NCBI GenBank assembly: GCA_965287045.1
Contig: OZ336878.1
Span: 68,324,001-68,388,000 of the forward strand
Direction of reading: 5' to 3'
DNA from: Carcharhinus amblyrhynchos
Lineage: Eukaryota
Length of the DNA: 64,000 nucleotides
Part shown: piece by piece, positions 26,438 through 39,498 of the stretch
How the letters are laid out: each line of letters begins with the position of its first letter
How positions within the stretch are numbered: the stretch's first letter is position 1
Notes under the pieces: model-generated
What the model was told of the DNA's origin: nothing
Database searches by the model: none
What the model saw: the letters and a program-made list of their open reading frames with translations, nothing else
Made by a program: the position numbers and the translations under genes

Positions 26438-27617
26438 CCCAAATGATACAGCCTTTCCTTCATTTACAATGTGATTGAATCTTTTGTGCATACCAATTTT
26501 TCTCTTAGCCGTTTTCCATCTTTCTAAATATATTTATTACTAATGAGAAAATATTTGAGCCTCTATTATAACATTCTGAACTAAATTTGTTTTTAAGTAC
26601 CTTAGAGTGAGTGGTTTCAAATTTCTTCAAGTCAGTAATTCCTTTAAAAGTTTTGCTCACCAATGATTGTGTTTGCAGTTGCAATTACACACAGGTTCCC
26701 TGAATTTGCTAACTTGTACCTTTCAATTTAATACTATTCAACCCTTGTAAAATGGGTGCAAACAACCTGACCAGCTGGAAACTTCTACGAAAAGAAGGGA
26801 AAGAAATAATTGCCATACTTCTAAACATTACTTCTCTCCCTCCTTTATAGTTCTACTGTTCCTCAGTTTTATTTCGTTTATAGCCTGAAGAAATAGCACT
26901 TTCTTATAGACATCTTTGTTGCTCTTCAGCCAACAAAACTTTCCTCATTTTGGACAGTAAAGTCCCAACAGAATTTTCTTCTCCCGGACATGCAACATTC
27001 AGCCCCTCCAATGTTCCACATAAAAAATCCCTGTTGGCAATGGTACTTGGCAATAATCAATTTTTGAAGCCAACCAAATTTAGATATGAGTTAAAGCTCA
27101 GATTCAAAACAAAAGAACCAGATCAGAGCCCAACATCCAAATATATCTGAACAAAGTGACGTCACTTCTCAGCTTTGATGCCGTTGGTAGCATTTTTATC
27201 TCAGACTCTGAAGGATGATTGTTTAAGTCCTATGACAAGGATTGAATACAAACTTTAGGCTGTTATTTCACTGCAATACTGAAGGGATACTGTTGAAGGT
27301 TTTAGATGAAATATTAAACAACAAGCCTCAAATGTGTTATTTCGTATGTCAGACGCATGTACTGTAAGTAAAATGGCAACAGCAACACAGATGTATATAG
27401 CAGAACAGATGCTATTTTCTGCAAGGCATGTGTGGTTTTGAAATTTGGATTTTGAAAAATAGATGAATTGACTCTCAATCTGGATTACATTAGATTTTGT
27501 GTTTAAAAACTATGCTGCCCACTTGAGCTGAAAACAATGGGAATGAAAAATACCATTTTGTATTGCTGCAATGAATTCACAGACTCATTACGCACATTTG
27601 CAGTTTAAACACTTTTC

Positions 27618-27977
27618 GGGGAGGCAATAGCCTTGTGGTATTATCGCTAGATTATTAATCCAGAAACTCAGCTATTGTTCTGGGGACTGGGTTTAAATCC
27701 CATCAGGACAGATGGTGGGATTTGAATTCAATATAAAATAAATCTGGAGTTAATAATCTACTGGTGACCATGAAACCATTGTCGATTGTTGGAAAAACCC
27801 ATCTGGTTCACTAATGTTCACTTTACGGAAGGAAATCTGCCATCTTTACCTGGTTTGGCCTACAAGTGACGCCAGAGCCACAGCAATGTGATTGACTCTC
27901 AACCGCTCTTGGGCAACTGGAAGTGGGCAATAAATGCTGGCCAGCCAGTGATGTCCATGTCGCATAAATAAATAAAC
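27618..27977 (+). mobile_element. tRNA-derived SINE with LINE-derived tail
   Basis: A/B-box-like head (gtggtattatcgctaga..gggtttaaatccc). Tail gggcaataaatgctggccagccag is shared with the LINE at 22105-22478. Confidence 0.8.
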
Positions 27978-28285
27978 AGGGTACACACTATAAACATTGT
28001 GAAGCTACTGTGCAAACTCTGTAATAATAGACAAACATGGTTACTTTGCTACTCGAGGTTTGCTACTTTTACCTTCATGAATCAGGACTTCAAACCAATA
28101 GAAAAGTTGTGCTTGTTCAGACTTCTGCAATTCCACTTGACCCAGAATCTGGAGCAATGAACAATTGGTGCAATAACTTTGGGAAAAAAACTAGAGGAGT
28201 TGTACAAAAATTCTGACAATTCAAGATCCACAAACGTTGAAAATGTGATATCAAATTTTTCACTTTAATATTAAGTATAAGATTA

Positions 28286-28501
28286 GGGCCAGGATTCCAC
28301 ACTCCCTGATCACTTCCCCCTCCCACAGCACATTTTCTGGCAGTGGAGGCAGCTCACCTTTGGACTCAAGCAGAATATTCCAGTCCCACCAGAATCTACG
28401 GCATTTTGTATATCTTGCCCACCCCACTGCAAGGGAACCCACCACAGGCTTTTGGCCACCCAGAAGATCCCGCTGACAGGAAGGGCCAGAAAATCCCGAC
28501 C
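28286..28501. mobile_element. Harbinger-type MITE
   Basis: Ends gggccaggattcc / gaaaatcccgacc resemble the other MITEs. No clear TSD. Confidence 0.5.
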
Positions 28502-29939
28502 AATGTTGTGTAAGGCCTGAGCTTGTGAGATTTGTGATACCCATCCTAACCTACTTCCATCACCCAGCTGCTGGCTCCATACCAATTATTAGGGCATAAA
28601 GAATCACTATACAGTGTATTATTGTGTTGAATATGCAAAAAGTTTGTATTTGATGTAACTCAGTCTTTCAGGACTAATTCCTGTTGGGAATTCAATTTTA
28701 CAGATTGGGTAAAGTATGAAACAAAATTCCAGAAAGAGTAGTCAAGAAAAGCCTGGCATCTTTGAAGAACCAATTCAATGCTGGGATTGAGGACTTTAGA
28801 ACCTTAATAAATAAATGAAGTAAGATGAACCAATTGTCCATAATTACCTTGTGATCCTTCTCCTCCCTTGATTGTTTCCTTGTTTACGTCAATTAGTCTG
28901 TTCTTCAAAAGACTATATGATATAGGAGCGGGATAGGCCATTCGGGCCATTGAGTCTGCTCTGCCATTCAACGAGATCATGGATGATCTGATATAATCCT
29001 GAACTCAATTTTCCTGCCTTATTGTCATAACCCTTGATTCCCTTACTGAGTGAAATTCTGTCTATCTCAGCCTTAATCATCATTTCCATCCATCCTGTAT
29101 TTTTTCTTCCAAGTGCAGGTAGACAAGTTGTGGGATTTTATTACCTTACTTCTCTGTTGAAATACAATTGTTTTATGAAATTATATTAGTGGAATGCCTA
29201 TACCAGCCCCAATCATAAATCTAAGAGCATGCAGATTTTAGGAAAAAAAGTATGTTGAAGTAAACATGACTTTGTCTTCCATCTAATACAGTAGGTCGAT
29301 AAATTGATATTCCTATATAGAGATTATGCTGTCAAATTTTACAGTAACAATAACTGTACTGCCATCAAGTGGTGAGTTTTATATTTTTTTGTCTCCCATC
29401 TAAAATTTAAATTTCAGAGCACCATATCAAGACACTTCCTCAATTACTAGTCCAACAATTAGTAGAATCAAACAAAATTAGAATTAATTATTCTACATTC
29501 CCAGAGGAAAATGAAGAGATACTGACAGATCAGCTGTATTGATTGGATTTTCTACCACATCATAAAACAGCAGCTTAGAAAATTGTATAATGTATGAAAT
29601 ATTCGAAACTATCTAGCAATTATGTGATTTTTTTCAGCATAGAAAGTTCTGTTATTAGCAAGATTAAAATGATTTTATTTATAATCTTAATATTAGGAAG
29701 ACTGGAGTTTAAACTGGTAAGTCTGTGACACAATTTCTGATACCTCCAGTAATGCTTCTCATTAACATGTGTTAAACAGGTATCAAAAATCCGTGACTGG
29801 TTCCTAAAAACTGGTTGACAATTTTTACACATTTTGCAATTCCACCAAGTGATGTAGTTTCCTGAGGTTTAAATTCATTTTTGCTTCAGAAATCAAAGTT
29901 AAGCAATTTGGCCTTTTCTCCTAAGCTTCTTAGAGACCA

Positions 29940-30127
29940 GTGTAAGCATAGTGATTAGCACTGTTGGCTTACAGCACCAGGGACCCAGGTTCAATTCCAG
30001 CCTTGAGTCAGTGTGCAGAGTTTGCAAGTTCCCACATATCTGTGTGGAGTAAGATGCTCTTTCGGAGAGTCGGTGCAGACTTGATGGGCTGAATGGATTC
30101 CTTCAGAACTGTAGGGATCCTATGGTT
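29940..30127 (+). mobile_element. Internally deleted HE1-type SINE
   Basis: Head ccagggacccaggttcaattcc and tail gtcggtgcagacttgatgggc..ctgtagggat. Confidence 0.75.
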
Positions 30128-30479
30128 TCATTGTTTTCCAAGTGGTTGTCCCCCTCAACAATGGATGTCACTATACTTGTAAAACAACTGAAAGTACTGC
30201 TTGCCAATTACACAAGGTCACTTCCATCTCAAATGATGCATGATTAAATAAAAAGTTTGAGGAATAATTTGAGGGCAGCAATGATACTAGATGAACTATC
30301 AAACTTAATCAAAAAAAAGGTTTGTTTCAAAATTTAGGAGTCATTTACAAGGTGGGATGAACCTGTTTGTTACTGTTAGAGTAAATTAATAGATGTGGTA
30401 AAAGGGGGATAGATTTAATGCCACTGCATTAGAATAAAATCAGACACTAGTCAAATGGTTAAAGAGTGTCAGTATTCCC

Positions 30480-33400
30480 AGTACTAGATGGGTCAGGCAA
30501 GAGCAGGTCAGAGAACAAGGGAAGTCTAGATTAAACTGCATTTATTTCAATGCAAGAGACCTGACAGGCAAAGTAAATGAACTCAGGGTATGGATGGGTA
30601 CATGAGAGACTGGGATACTATAGCTATTAGTTAAACATAAGAACATAAGAACATAAGAAATAGGAGCAGGAGTAGGCCATCTAGCCCTTTGAGCCTGCCC
30701 CGCCATTCAATAAGATCATGGCTGATCTGTCGCTGCTCAGTTCCACTTTCCCGCTTTCTCCCCATAACCCTTAATCCCCTCTCTTATCAAAAACCCATCA
30801 ACCCGCGTCTTAAAAATATTTAGCGAGGCAGCCTCCACCACTTCAACGGGCAGAGAATTCCAGAGATTCACCACCCTTTGAGTGAAGAAGTTCCTCCTCA
30901 ACTCCGTTCTAAACCGCCCCCCTTTTATCTTGAGGCTGTGCCCCCTAGTCCTACTGTCTTTTTTGAGCGGGAAGAGTCTCTCCACCTCTATCTTATCCAA
31001 CCCATTCATCATCTTATACGTCTCAATGAGATCTCCCCTCATTCTTCTAAACTCTAACGAGTACAAGCCTAGTTTATTCAGCCTCTCCTCATAGCTCAAC
31101 CCCCTCAACTCCGGTATCAGCCTAGTAAACCTCCTCTGCACTCCCTCCAAGGCCAAAATATCTTTGCGCAGGTGCGGCGCCCAAAACTGCACACAGTACT
31201 CCAGCTGCGGCCTCACCAATGCCCTATACAGCTGCAGCAAGACCTCCCTACTTTTATATTCAATCCCCCTCGCTATGAAGGCCAGCATCCCATTTGCCTT
31301 CCTGACCACCTGCTGCACCTGCAAGCTGGGTTTTTGCGACTCATGCACAAGGACCCCGAGGTCCCTCTGCACCATTGCCTGCTGCAGTTTTTCGCCCCGT
31401 AAGTAATAGTCCTTCCTACCATTTTTCCTACCAAAGTGGACCACCTCACACTTGCCAACATTAAATTCCATTTGCCATTTCCTGGCCCATTCGCCCAGCC
31501 TATCTAGATCCTTCTGCAGACTCTCCACACCCTCCGCACAATTTGCCGTTCCCCCAATCTTGGTGTCATCAGCAAATTTCGACACCCTACACTCGGTTCC
31601 CTCCTCCAGATCATCTATATAAATGGTAAAAAGCTGAGGCCCCAGCACCGACCCCTGGGGTACTCCACTAGTCACCATCCGCCAATCCGAATAGCACCCG
31701 TTGACCCCCACTCTCTGCCTCCAATTTGACAACCAATCCTCTATCCACGCTAACACCCTACCCCCAACTCCATGTCCCTCGACCTTCTGCAATAACCTCG
31801 TGAGGTACTTTGTCAAACGCCTTCTGAAAATCTAGAAAGACCACATCCACCGGCTCTCCTCTATTCACCGCCCTAGACACATCCTCATAGAACTCCAGTA
31901 AATTTGTCAGACACGACTAAGGGAGGGACAGGATGGCAGCTCAATGTTCCAGGGGACAGCTGCTATAAGAAAGATAGAACAGGAGGTAAGAGAGAAGGGG
32001 AGTTGCATATTTGATTAGGGAAAACATCACAGCAGTACTGAGAAGGGATATTTCTGAGGGTTTGCCCACTCAATCTATATGGGTAGAACTGAGAAAATAA
32101 GAAGGGGAAGATCATTGTGATAGGATTGTACTATATGCCCCCAAATAGTCAGTGGGACATTGAGGAGCAAATATGTAAGGAGATTACAGATAGCTCCAAA
32201 GAAAATAGGGTGGTAATAGTAGGGACTGACCGGGACAGGCATAGTATTAGGGGCTTGGATGAAGAGAAATTTATTGAGAATATTCAGAAGGAATTTCTCA
32301 TTCAGTTTGCGGATGACCTGACTAGAAAGGGGGCAAAACTTGACCTTCTCTTGGGAAATAAGGAAGGGTAGGTGACAGAAGTGTTAGTGAGGGAACACTT
32401 TGAGACCAATGACCAAAATTCCATTAGTTTTAAGATAGCTATGGAGAATGATAGGTTTGGCCCAACAGTTAAAATTCTAAATTATGGCAAGGCCAATTTT
32501 GATATTAGACAGGAACTTTCAAAAGTTGATTGGAGGAGTCTGTTGGCAGGTAAGGGAAGTCTGATAAGTGGGAGGATTTCAAAAGTGTGTTAACCAGGGT
32601 TCAGAGTAATCACATTCCTTTTAGAGTGAAGGGTAAGACTGGTAGAAGTAGGTAACGCTGGATGACTCATGATATTGTTGCCCTGGTGAAAAAGAAGAAG
32701 AGGGCATATGACATGCATAGGCAGTTGGGATCAAGTGGATCCCTTGAAGAGTATAGAGGGTGTCAGAGTAGAGTTAAGAGAGAAATCAGGAGGGCAGAAA
32801 GGGGACATGAGGTTGTTTTGGCAGATAAAGCAAAGGAGAATCCAAAGAGCTTCCACAAATACATAAAGGGGAAAAGAGTAGGGAAAGAATAAGGCCTCTT
32901 CAGGATCAACAAAGTCATTTATATGCAGATCCATAAGAGATGGGTGAGATCCTAAATGAGTATTTCTCGTCAGTATTTACTGTTGAGAAAGGCATGGGTG
33001 CTAGGGAATTTGGGGAAATATATAGTGATGTCCTGTGAAGAATACAGAAAAGGTGGTGCTGAAAGTTAAAAGCATATCAAGGTAGATAAACCCCTGGGTC
33101 CTAACGAAGTATATCCCAGGATGTTGGGAAGCTAGGGAAAAAATTGTGGATCCCCTGGCAGAAATATTTGCATCATCGACAGCCATAGGTGAGGTGCCTG
33201 AAGATTGGAGGGTGGCAAATGTTGTGTCTTTGTTTAAGAAGGGCTGCAGGGAAAAGCCTGGGAACTTTGGGCGGTCAGCCTGTAGTGGGTAAGTTGTTAG
33301 AAGATATTCTGAGAAACAGGATCTACAGGCATTTGGAGAAGTAAGGACTGATTAGGGACAGTCAGTATAGGTTTGTCAGTAGAAAATCATGTCTCACAAA

Positions 33401-34835
33401 TCTGATTGAGTTTTTTGAGGGAGTAACCAAGAAGGTAGATGAGAACAATGCAGTCACGTTGTCTACATGGACTTTAGCAAGGCCTTTGACAGGGTACCGC
33501 ATGGTAGGTTGTTGCATAAAGTTAAATCTCATGGGATCCAGAGTGAGGTAGCCAATTGGATACAAAATTGGCTTGATGACAGAAGACAGAGAGTAGTTGT
33601 AGAGGGTTGTTTTTCAAACTGGAGGTCTGTGCCTCCGGAATCGATGCTGGGTCCACTCTTCTTCATTATTTATATTAATGATTTGGATGAGAATTTAGGA
33701 GGCATGGTTAGTAAGTTTGTAGATGACACCAAATTGGTGGCATAGTGGACAGTGAAGAAGGTTATCTAGGATAGCAATGAGATCTTGATCAATTAGGCTA
33801 GAGGGCTGATGAATGGCAGATAGAGTTTAATTTAGATAAATACAAGATGATTGATTGAACTAGGACAGGACTTACTCTGTTAATGATCATTGGGGAGGGT
33901 TTTATAGCAAAGAGATCTAAGGGTATAGGTTTATAGTTCCATGAAAATGGAGTCACAGGTGAACAGGGTGATTAAGAAAGCATTTGGTATACTTGGTTTC
34001 ATTGGTCAGTACATTGAATTCAGGAGTTGGGAAATCTTGTTGAAGTTGTACAAGACATTGATAAGGCCACACTTCAAATACTGTGTACAGTTTTGGTCAC
34101 CCTATTATAGAAAGGATATTATTAAACTAGAAAGTATGCAGTAAAGATTTACTAGGATGATACCAGGGCCTGATGGTTTGAGTTATGAGAGGCTGGATAG
34201 ACTGGGAATTTTTTTCCTTGGAGCGTAGGAGGCTTAGAGGTGATCTTTTAGAGGTCTATAAAATAAAGAGGGGCATAGATAAGGTTGATAGTCAACATTT
34301 TTTCCCAAAGGTAGGGCAGTCTAAAACCAGAGGAGAGGGGGAGAGATACAAAAGTGTCCAGAGGGTCATTTTTTTCACACAGAGGGTGATGGGTGACTAG
34401 AACGAGCTGATTGATCAAGATCTCATTGCTATCCTAGATAACCATCTTCACTGTCCACTATGCCACCAATCTTGGTGTCATCTACAAGCTTACTAAGCAT
34501 GCCTCCTAAATTCTCATCCAAATCATTAATATAAATAACGAAGAACAGTGGACCCAGCATCGATTCCTGAGGCATAGGCCTCTAGTTTGAAAAACGACCC
34601 TCTACAACTACCCTCTGTCTTCAGTCATTTTTTTCACACAGAGGGTGATGGGTGACTGGAATGAGCTGCCCGAGATAGCTGTAGAGACAGGTACAATTTT
34701 GTCTTTTAAAAAGCAGTTTGACAGTTACATGGGCAAGATTGGTATTGAGGGATATGGGCCAATCTTGGGCAATTGGATGGCATAGACAAGTTGGGCCAAA
34801 TGGCTTGCTTCCATGCTGCAAACCTCTATGACTCT
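30480..34835 (+). mobile_element. Near-full-length old CR1 ORF2 (endonuclease start to 3' tail) with nested young CR1 and internal inverted duplication
   Basis: Starts with LNCIYFNAR (30531), resumes at ~31918, and continues through EN and RT motifs to a ctctatgactct tail. Confidence 0.88.
30634..31917 (-). mobile_element. Young CR1 LINE (359-aa open RT/C-terminal ORF)
   Basis: ORF 30737-31816 has [11 protein letters not shown] and KFADDTK. Tail (aacataag)n on +. CpGs retained. Confidence 0.95.
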
Positions 34836-35544
34836 GAGTACAACAAACTGTGAAGAGAAAAGTGGTAGATTTCAAAAGAATATGGTGGTGCTGGTGGGTC
34901 TCCTTTGTGCTGGGAGCTGAGGCTGTTTTTGCATAATGGGTGCTTTGTCTTAGGTTTACTAAAGTGCAGTTGATTCAAGCTGTCATGGACATCCCTGGCA
35001 GCTCAGTGTACAGTTGTAGGAAATAGGAAGGCATATAGCAGATGAAATTTAACACTGGAAACTGAAATGATGCATTTTGTCAGAAGAATGAGAAGACATA
35101 ATATAAACTAAACGATACAATTCTAAAGATGATACGGTAACAGAGACACCTAAGGGTGTACATGCACAAATAATTGAAAGTAGCAGTGTATTTATTTTGT
35201 TGGGCAGAGGGGTGAGTGGTGTTTAACTTCCAAATCCACTCACTCAATATTTGCTATTTTGAGACTATAACCATTCAGACAATAGGAGACAATTTAGTGG
35301 TGTAACTCAAGAAAAATGTATTCAACAACAAAACTTATAGTTAACAAGCTAAACAGCGACTTTACTGGCTCAGCATGTCTCTTGCTTCCAAATTCAGCCT
35401 AGGGCACAAGGTGACATGCTATCTTTTCTCCATCTCTCTCAGAAGGTTGACGGTGATCTATTGATATCATCTTCTGTTGTCTCCTGAACAGCCCTTATTC
35501 TTGGGATCTACCTTTTTATTATAGCTTTTTCTGTTATTTCATTA

Positions 35545-36481
35545 AGGCCAGGATTCTCCCAGCCCACTTAGCTGCTCAAACAGCGCAGCAAGCTGGGAAA
35601 CAACAGCAGGGGGTCTTTCATAAGGCTCACACTGGCAGCCAGATGCTGATCACAAATCTCCAAGGTGCTTTTTTTTCAGCACAATCAGCTCAGCGCCAGA
35701 AGTCAGCGCAGAGATGATTATCATATATGCAAATTTAAATGTACATATGATTAGCAAGCCTGGGACGGTTTTCTCCAAGCCTGCTAACGTCTCCCCCCAA
35801 CCTCTGAGCACTAGTGGTTCTCACCAGCTAGGTTTACAACCACTCCCCTCTAATGGGGAAGCAAGCATCCTTATCCCACTGATGGGAACAGAGGGCATTG
35901 AGCACTCCCCCCCCCCCCGCCACCATTTCCCCGAGGAGGTTGGCGGCAAGGGGGCTTTCCCTTGGGCAGTGCCAGCCTAGCACCTTGGCACTGCCCAAAG
36001 GGCAAGAGGTAGGGTCAGAGAAGGCAGGGCCTATTAGTGGGAACCTGCTGCTACATTGCAAGTGGGATCAGTGGGGGAAGGAGGGAGCGAGTGAGAGGAG
36101 GGTTTGGTCTCCAGGGCGGCTGGGGAGGGTTTGTGGGGAGATCAGGGCTGGCCCCAGGGGGTAGGGAGGACAGGGTCAGAAAGGCTTGCAATCGAGGGGT
36201 TCTGGGGGAGTGATTGGCGGCTGCGGCGGTGGTGGGGGGCAATCTCCGCACTAACAGATCGGTGCATGCACAGTGGCCCGCTCAGCGCTATGCTGCCGGC
36301 CTCTTGGGCTGGATGAGGCCCACCCCCCCCCACTTACTTGCATGAATCAGTCTAAGGCATTCAGCATTGCACAGAGTGTTGGAGATTCATTTAGGTAAGT
36401 ACATCCAAAAAAAAGGAGGGGACATTTTCCTGTTTTCCCACCTGTTAGGCATTTACTTTTGTTTTGGGAGAATCCCAACCT
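35545..36481. mobile_element. GC-rich non-autonomous Harbinger-type element
   Basis: TIR-like ends aggccaggattctccc / gggagaatcccaacct. Abrupt GC-rich block in AT-rich flanks. Confidence 0.65.
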
Positions 36482-37390
36482 CAATATTTCGACTTTCTAT
36501 CAAGATAACAGATGCCTTAAGATAGTTTGAAATAAGACAGCATGTGATTTCTAGATCTAATGATGAATATTGGACTCATCATTACAGGTTTGATTGATCT
36601 GTAGGTATCAGTAGCGCATAGCTTGTAGAGCTCTCATTAAGACAGGGCTTATCAGTGTGTTTGTTCAAGGCAGCTGATTTGCAAGTATATGTTTTGTTAT
36701 ATCTGCCAATGCTTAGTATAAATTCATTGAAAACACATAAAAATTACAAAGCTATAGAAATTACAGTCTATACAAAATACTGTTTAAAAGTGATTGGTGT
36801 GCCAAAGGCAACAAGATTTACTTAAAACATGACAAATTCAACTAATACGCATTCCTAAGCAACAAAGTCAAGAGAACTACATAGCTAGTAACAGATCATA
36901 ATTCTAGACTTACAAAATCAAAGGTGGTTACTAACTTTGAAGGAAAGTGATTGCTTCTTCATTTAAAACATCTCAAGTTAAACTACACTAATTTAAGGCA
37001 CAGGCTGACATGTTTTAACACTTATTTTTCTTTGCAAAATAGGGTTTTGAATCTTAAGGGAATACAACTGATACACTTTAATGGCTAGGGCAGTTGATGG
37101 TCCACAGACCAGAATTTTCAACTATGACATTATGCATCACTATTTGGGGCCATGTGGTTTTTCTCACTTTTTTAGTCAGTGAGATTGCTTATGAAAGACC
37201 AAGGCATATGATGTACTAGTGTTCCACAATTCAGAATAATACCATGTTGGCTTAATCTACTTCAATTACTCGATTACTACACATGACAACTGCAAATAAT
37301 GATCAAACCTAAACTTTTCTATAGCCAGAACGGTTGAGAAAGTGGTTAAAGAAGCATATAGGATTGTGGAACATCAAAAATAGATGCATA

Positions 37391-37485
37391 GGTTGTAATT
37401 TTACCACCACACAGAACGGCAATGTCCGTTGGCCTCGGGCGGGATCTTACGAGCCTTGGACAGGCGAGGCAGTAAAATCCCAGCA
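37391..37485. mobile_element. Small Harbinger-type MITE in a CR1 fragment
   Basis: TSD ATA at 37388-37390 and 37486-37488. Homologous to 40141-40261. Confidence 0.7.
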
Positions 37486-37727
37486 ATAGTGAGAAACAAG
37501 AAACCCGAGGAACCTTTGAAAAACACTGGTTCAGTCTCAACATTGTGCCTAATTCTCAACATTGCACCTCAGAAAAGATTTGAAGGCTTCAGAAAGTGTG
37601 CAGGAAAGATTTACAAGAATGGTTCCAAGAATAAGGGGCCTCAGTTATGTTGATAGATTGGAGAAGCTAGGATCTCCTTAAAGAAGAGAAGATTGATACA
37701 AGTGTGTACATTTTTTTTGGGGGGGGG

Positions 37728-38691
37728 TGAATTTTAAACTATAATTGTTCAAGTCAAGTCTGGACTCAGATTATTTTACTTGTTCATAGGAGGCAAGCAA
37801 CAGCAGTCTGGTGAAGTAAAACAGTAGTTCGTAACAAAGCAGAACATAGAGCTCAAACCAGACTTCCTCTCCATCACTTCTGTAAACTTGAGGCTTGCCT
37901 TGGTCACCAAAATCTACTACCTTTTCCAAATCACAACTCACAGCCTGACCAACAGTATCTCTGACCTTTCATTTACCTAGCTGATGCAAGATTAGGTTGG
38001 CTCAGTGATGTATGTATGCTGCATGGTCACTTACTGAATACTCTGAACTCATTGTCTTGGATGGGGCTTAATTGGTGTGACTTCCTGGACACTTATTTTC
38101 ATGTGTTCTAATTAAATTAGTCACTTGCCAACGACTGTGTATTGTTCATTACGTCGGTCACTTATCAAGGGCTGTCTGCTATTAGAGGCTTCCTGCTAGG
38201 TCATGTGATTGTTGTGTTTGGAATGAGCTACCTTAGAAACAAATTGCTTTAAGCAAAGTAATAGAAGAAATAGAGGAGATTGTCCAGTAGGTATTACTTA
38301 AAAATCTATAGCATATATAAAATATGTGCATAGCAACGATCAGTGTTTTATAAAGGTGAGGTTGTGAAATATCCTTTATACATTCAAATAATGCAGTCAT
38401 GCATTGCAATTATCAGTGTAGTGACAGGATGTTTCTCATTCAAACTTGAATGATTGCAAGTCTCGCATTGAGATAGCAGTATCCTACAATTAACACTGTC
38501 TGCTTTAAAAATAACATACTCACGAAGGTTCTAAATTTTAATGAATTAATATGTCTTGATTGTGATTAATCTAATTATTAAACAATACTCTTCCTCAATA
38601 AATAATATGCATTTGATGCCTCATATAATAATATTGTCATGGCCCCCTCTCCTAACTTGTCCCATGTCTCAATTCAAACCAGGGTGTTACA
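37728..38691 (-). mobile_element. Candidate 3' LTR of the retrovirus-like element
   Basis: On the minus strand a purine tract ggaagggtagaaa (38704-38692) runs directly into TGTAACACCC. Candidate CA end at 37729-37728. Lies downstream of the integrase remnant. No second LTR to confirm the boundaries. Confidence 0.5.
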
Positions 38692-38924
38692 TTTCTACCC
38701 TTCCAGAAGGTCTTATGAGGAAAGGTTGAGGGAGCTGGGGCTTTTCTCTTTGGAGCAGAGGAGGATGAGAGGCGGCTTAATAGAGGTTTATAAGATGATG
38801 AGAGGGATTGATAGAGTGGACGTGCAGAGACTATTTCCTCGGGTGGATGTAGCTGTTACTAGGGGGTATAACTATAAGGTTCCTGGTGAGAGATATAGGA
38901 GGGATGTCTGAGGTAGATTCTTCA

Positions 38925-39498
38925 AGATGTGGGTATGCCGGCGTTGGACTGGCGTAAACACAGTAAAAAGTCTGACAACACCAGGTTTTAGTCCAACCTA
39001 TTTATTTTGTTCCCTTCCTGTTGGCGAACACTTCAGTGGTCACGGGCATTCAGCCTCTGACCTTTGGGTAAGCATTCTCCAAGGCGGCCTTCACGACACA
39101 CAACAGCGCAGAGTCGCTGAACAGAGACTGATAGCCAAGTTCCGCACACATGAGGACGGTCTCAATAGGGATCTTGGGTTCATGTCGCACTATCTGTAAC
39201 CCCCGTGACTTGCCTGGGTTTGCAAAACCTCACTCACTATACTGTCTGGAGACAATACACATCTCTTTAAACTGTGATCAGTGCTCCTTCCACTCACATT
39301 ATCAGCGACTTCAGGTCTTGAACAGCAGGTTAGGTGTAAGGATTCACATTCTAATCAGTAATCTCTAAACTGTCTGTGCTTTATATGCTCTGTCTGAGGC
39401 TAGAACTCTCCATTCACCTGACAAAGGGGCTAACCCCGAAAGCTTGTGAGTATATTATCAAATAAATAGGTTGGACCTGGTGTTGTCAGACTTTTTAC
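38925..39498 (+). mobile_element. Penelope-like element fragment: GIY-YIG C-terminus, hammerhead remnant, inverted termini, 11-bp TSD
   Basis: TSD TAGATTCTTCA at 38914-38924 and 39499-39509. Peptide SLPVGEHFSGHGH..RRVAEQRLIAKFRTHEDGLNRDLGF. Inverted repeat 38962-39007 vs 39460-39499. Confidence 0.88.
39418..39446 (+). ncRNA. Degenerate minimal hammerhead ribozyme motif
   Basis: CTGACAA-A-GGGG-CTAA-CCCC-GAAA-GCTT: core boxes flanking a perfect stem II. The CTGANGA box has G8 changed to A. Confidence 0.65.

Noticed and set aside
27154-27167. Palindromic CRE site AAGTGACGTCACTT
   Set aside because: Isolated motif next to a SINE head with no promoter context.
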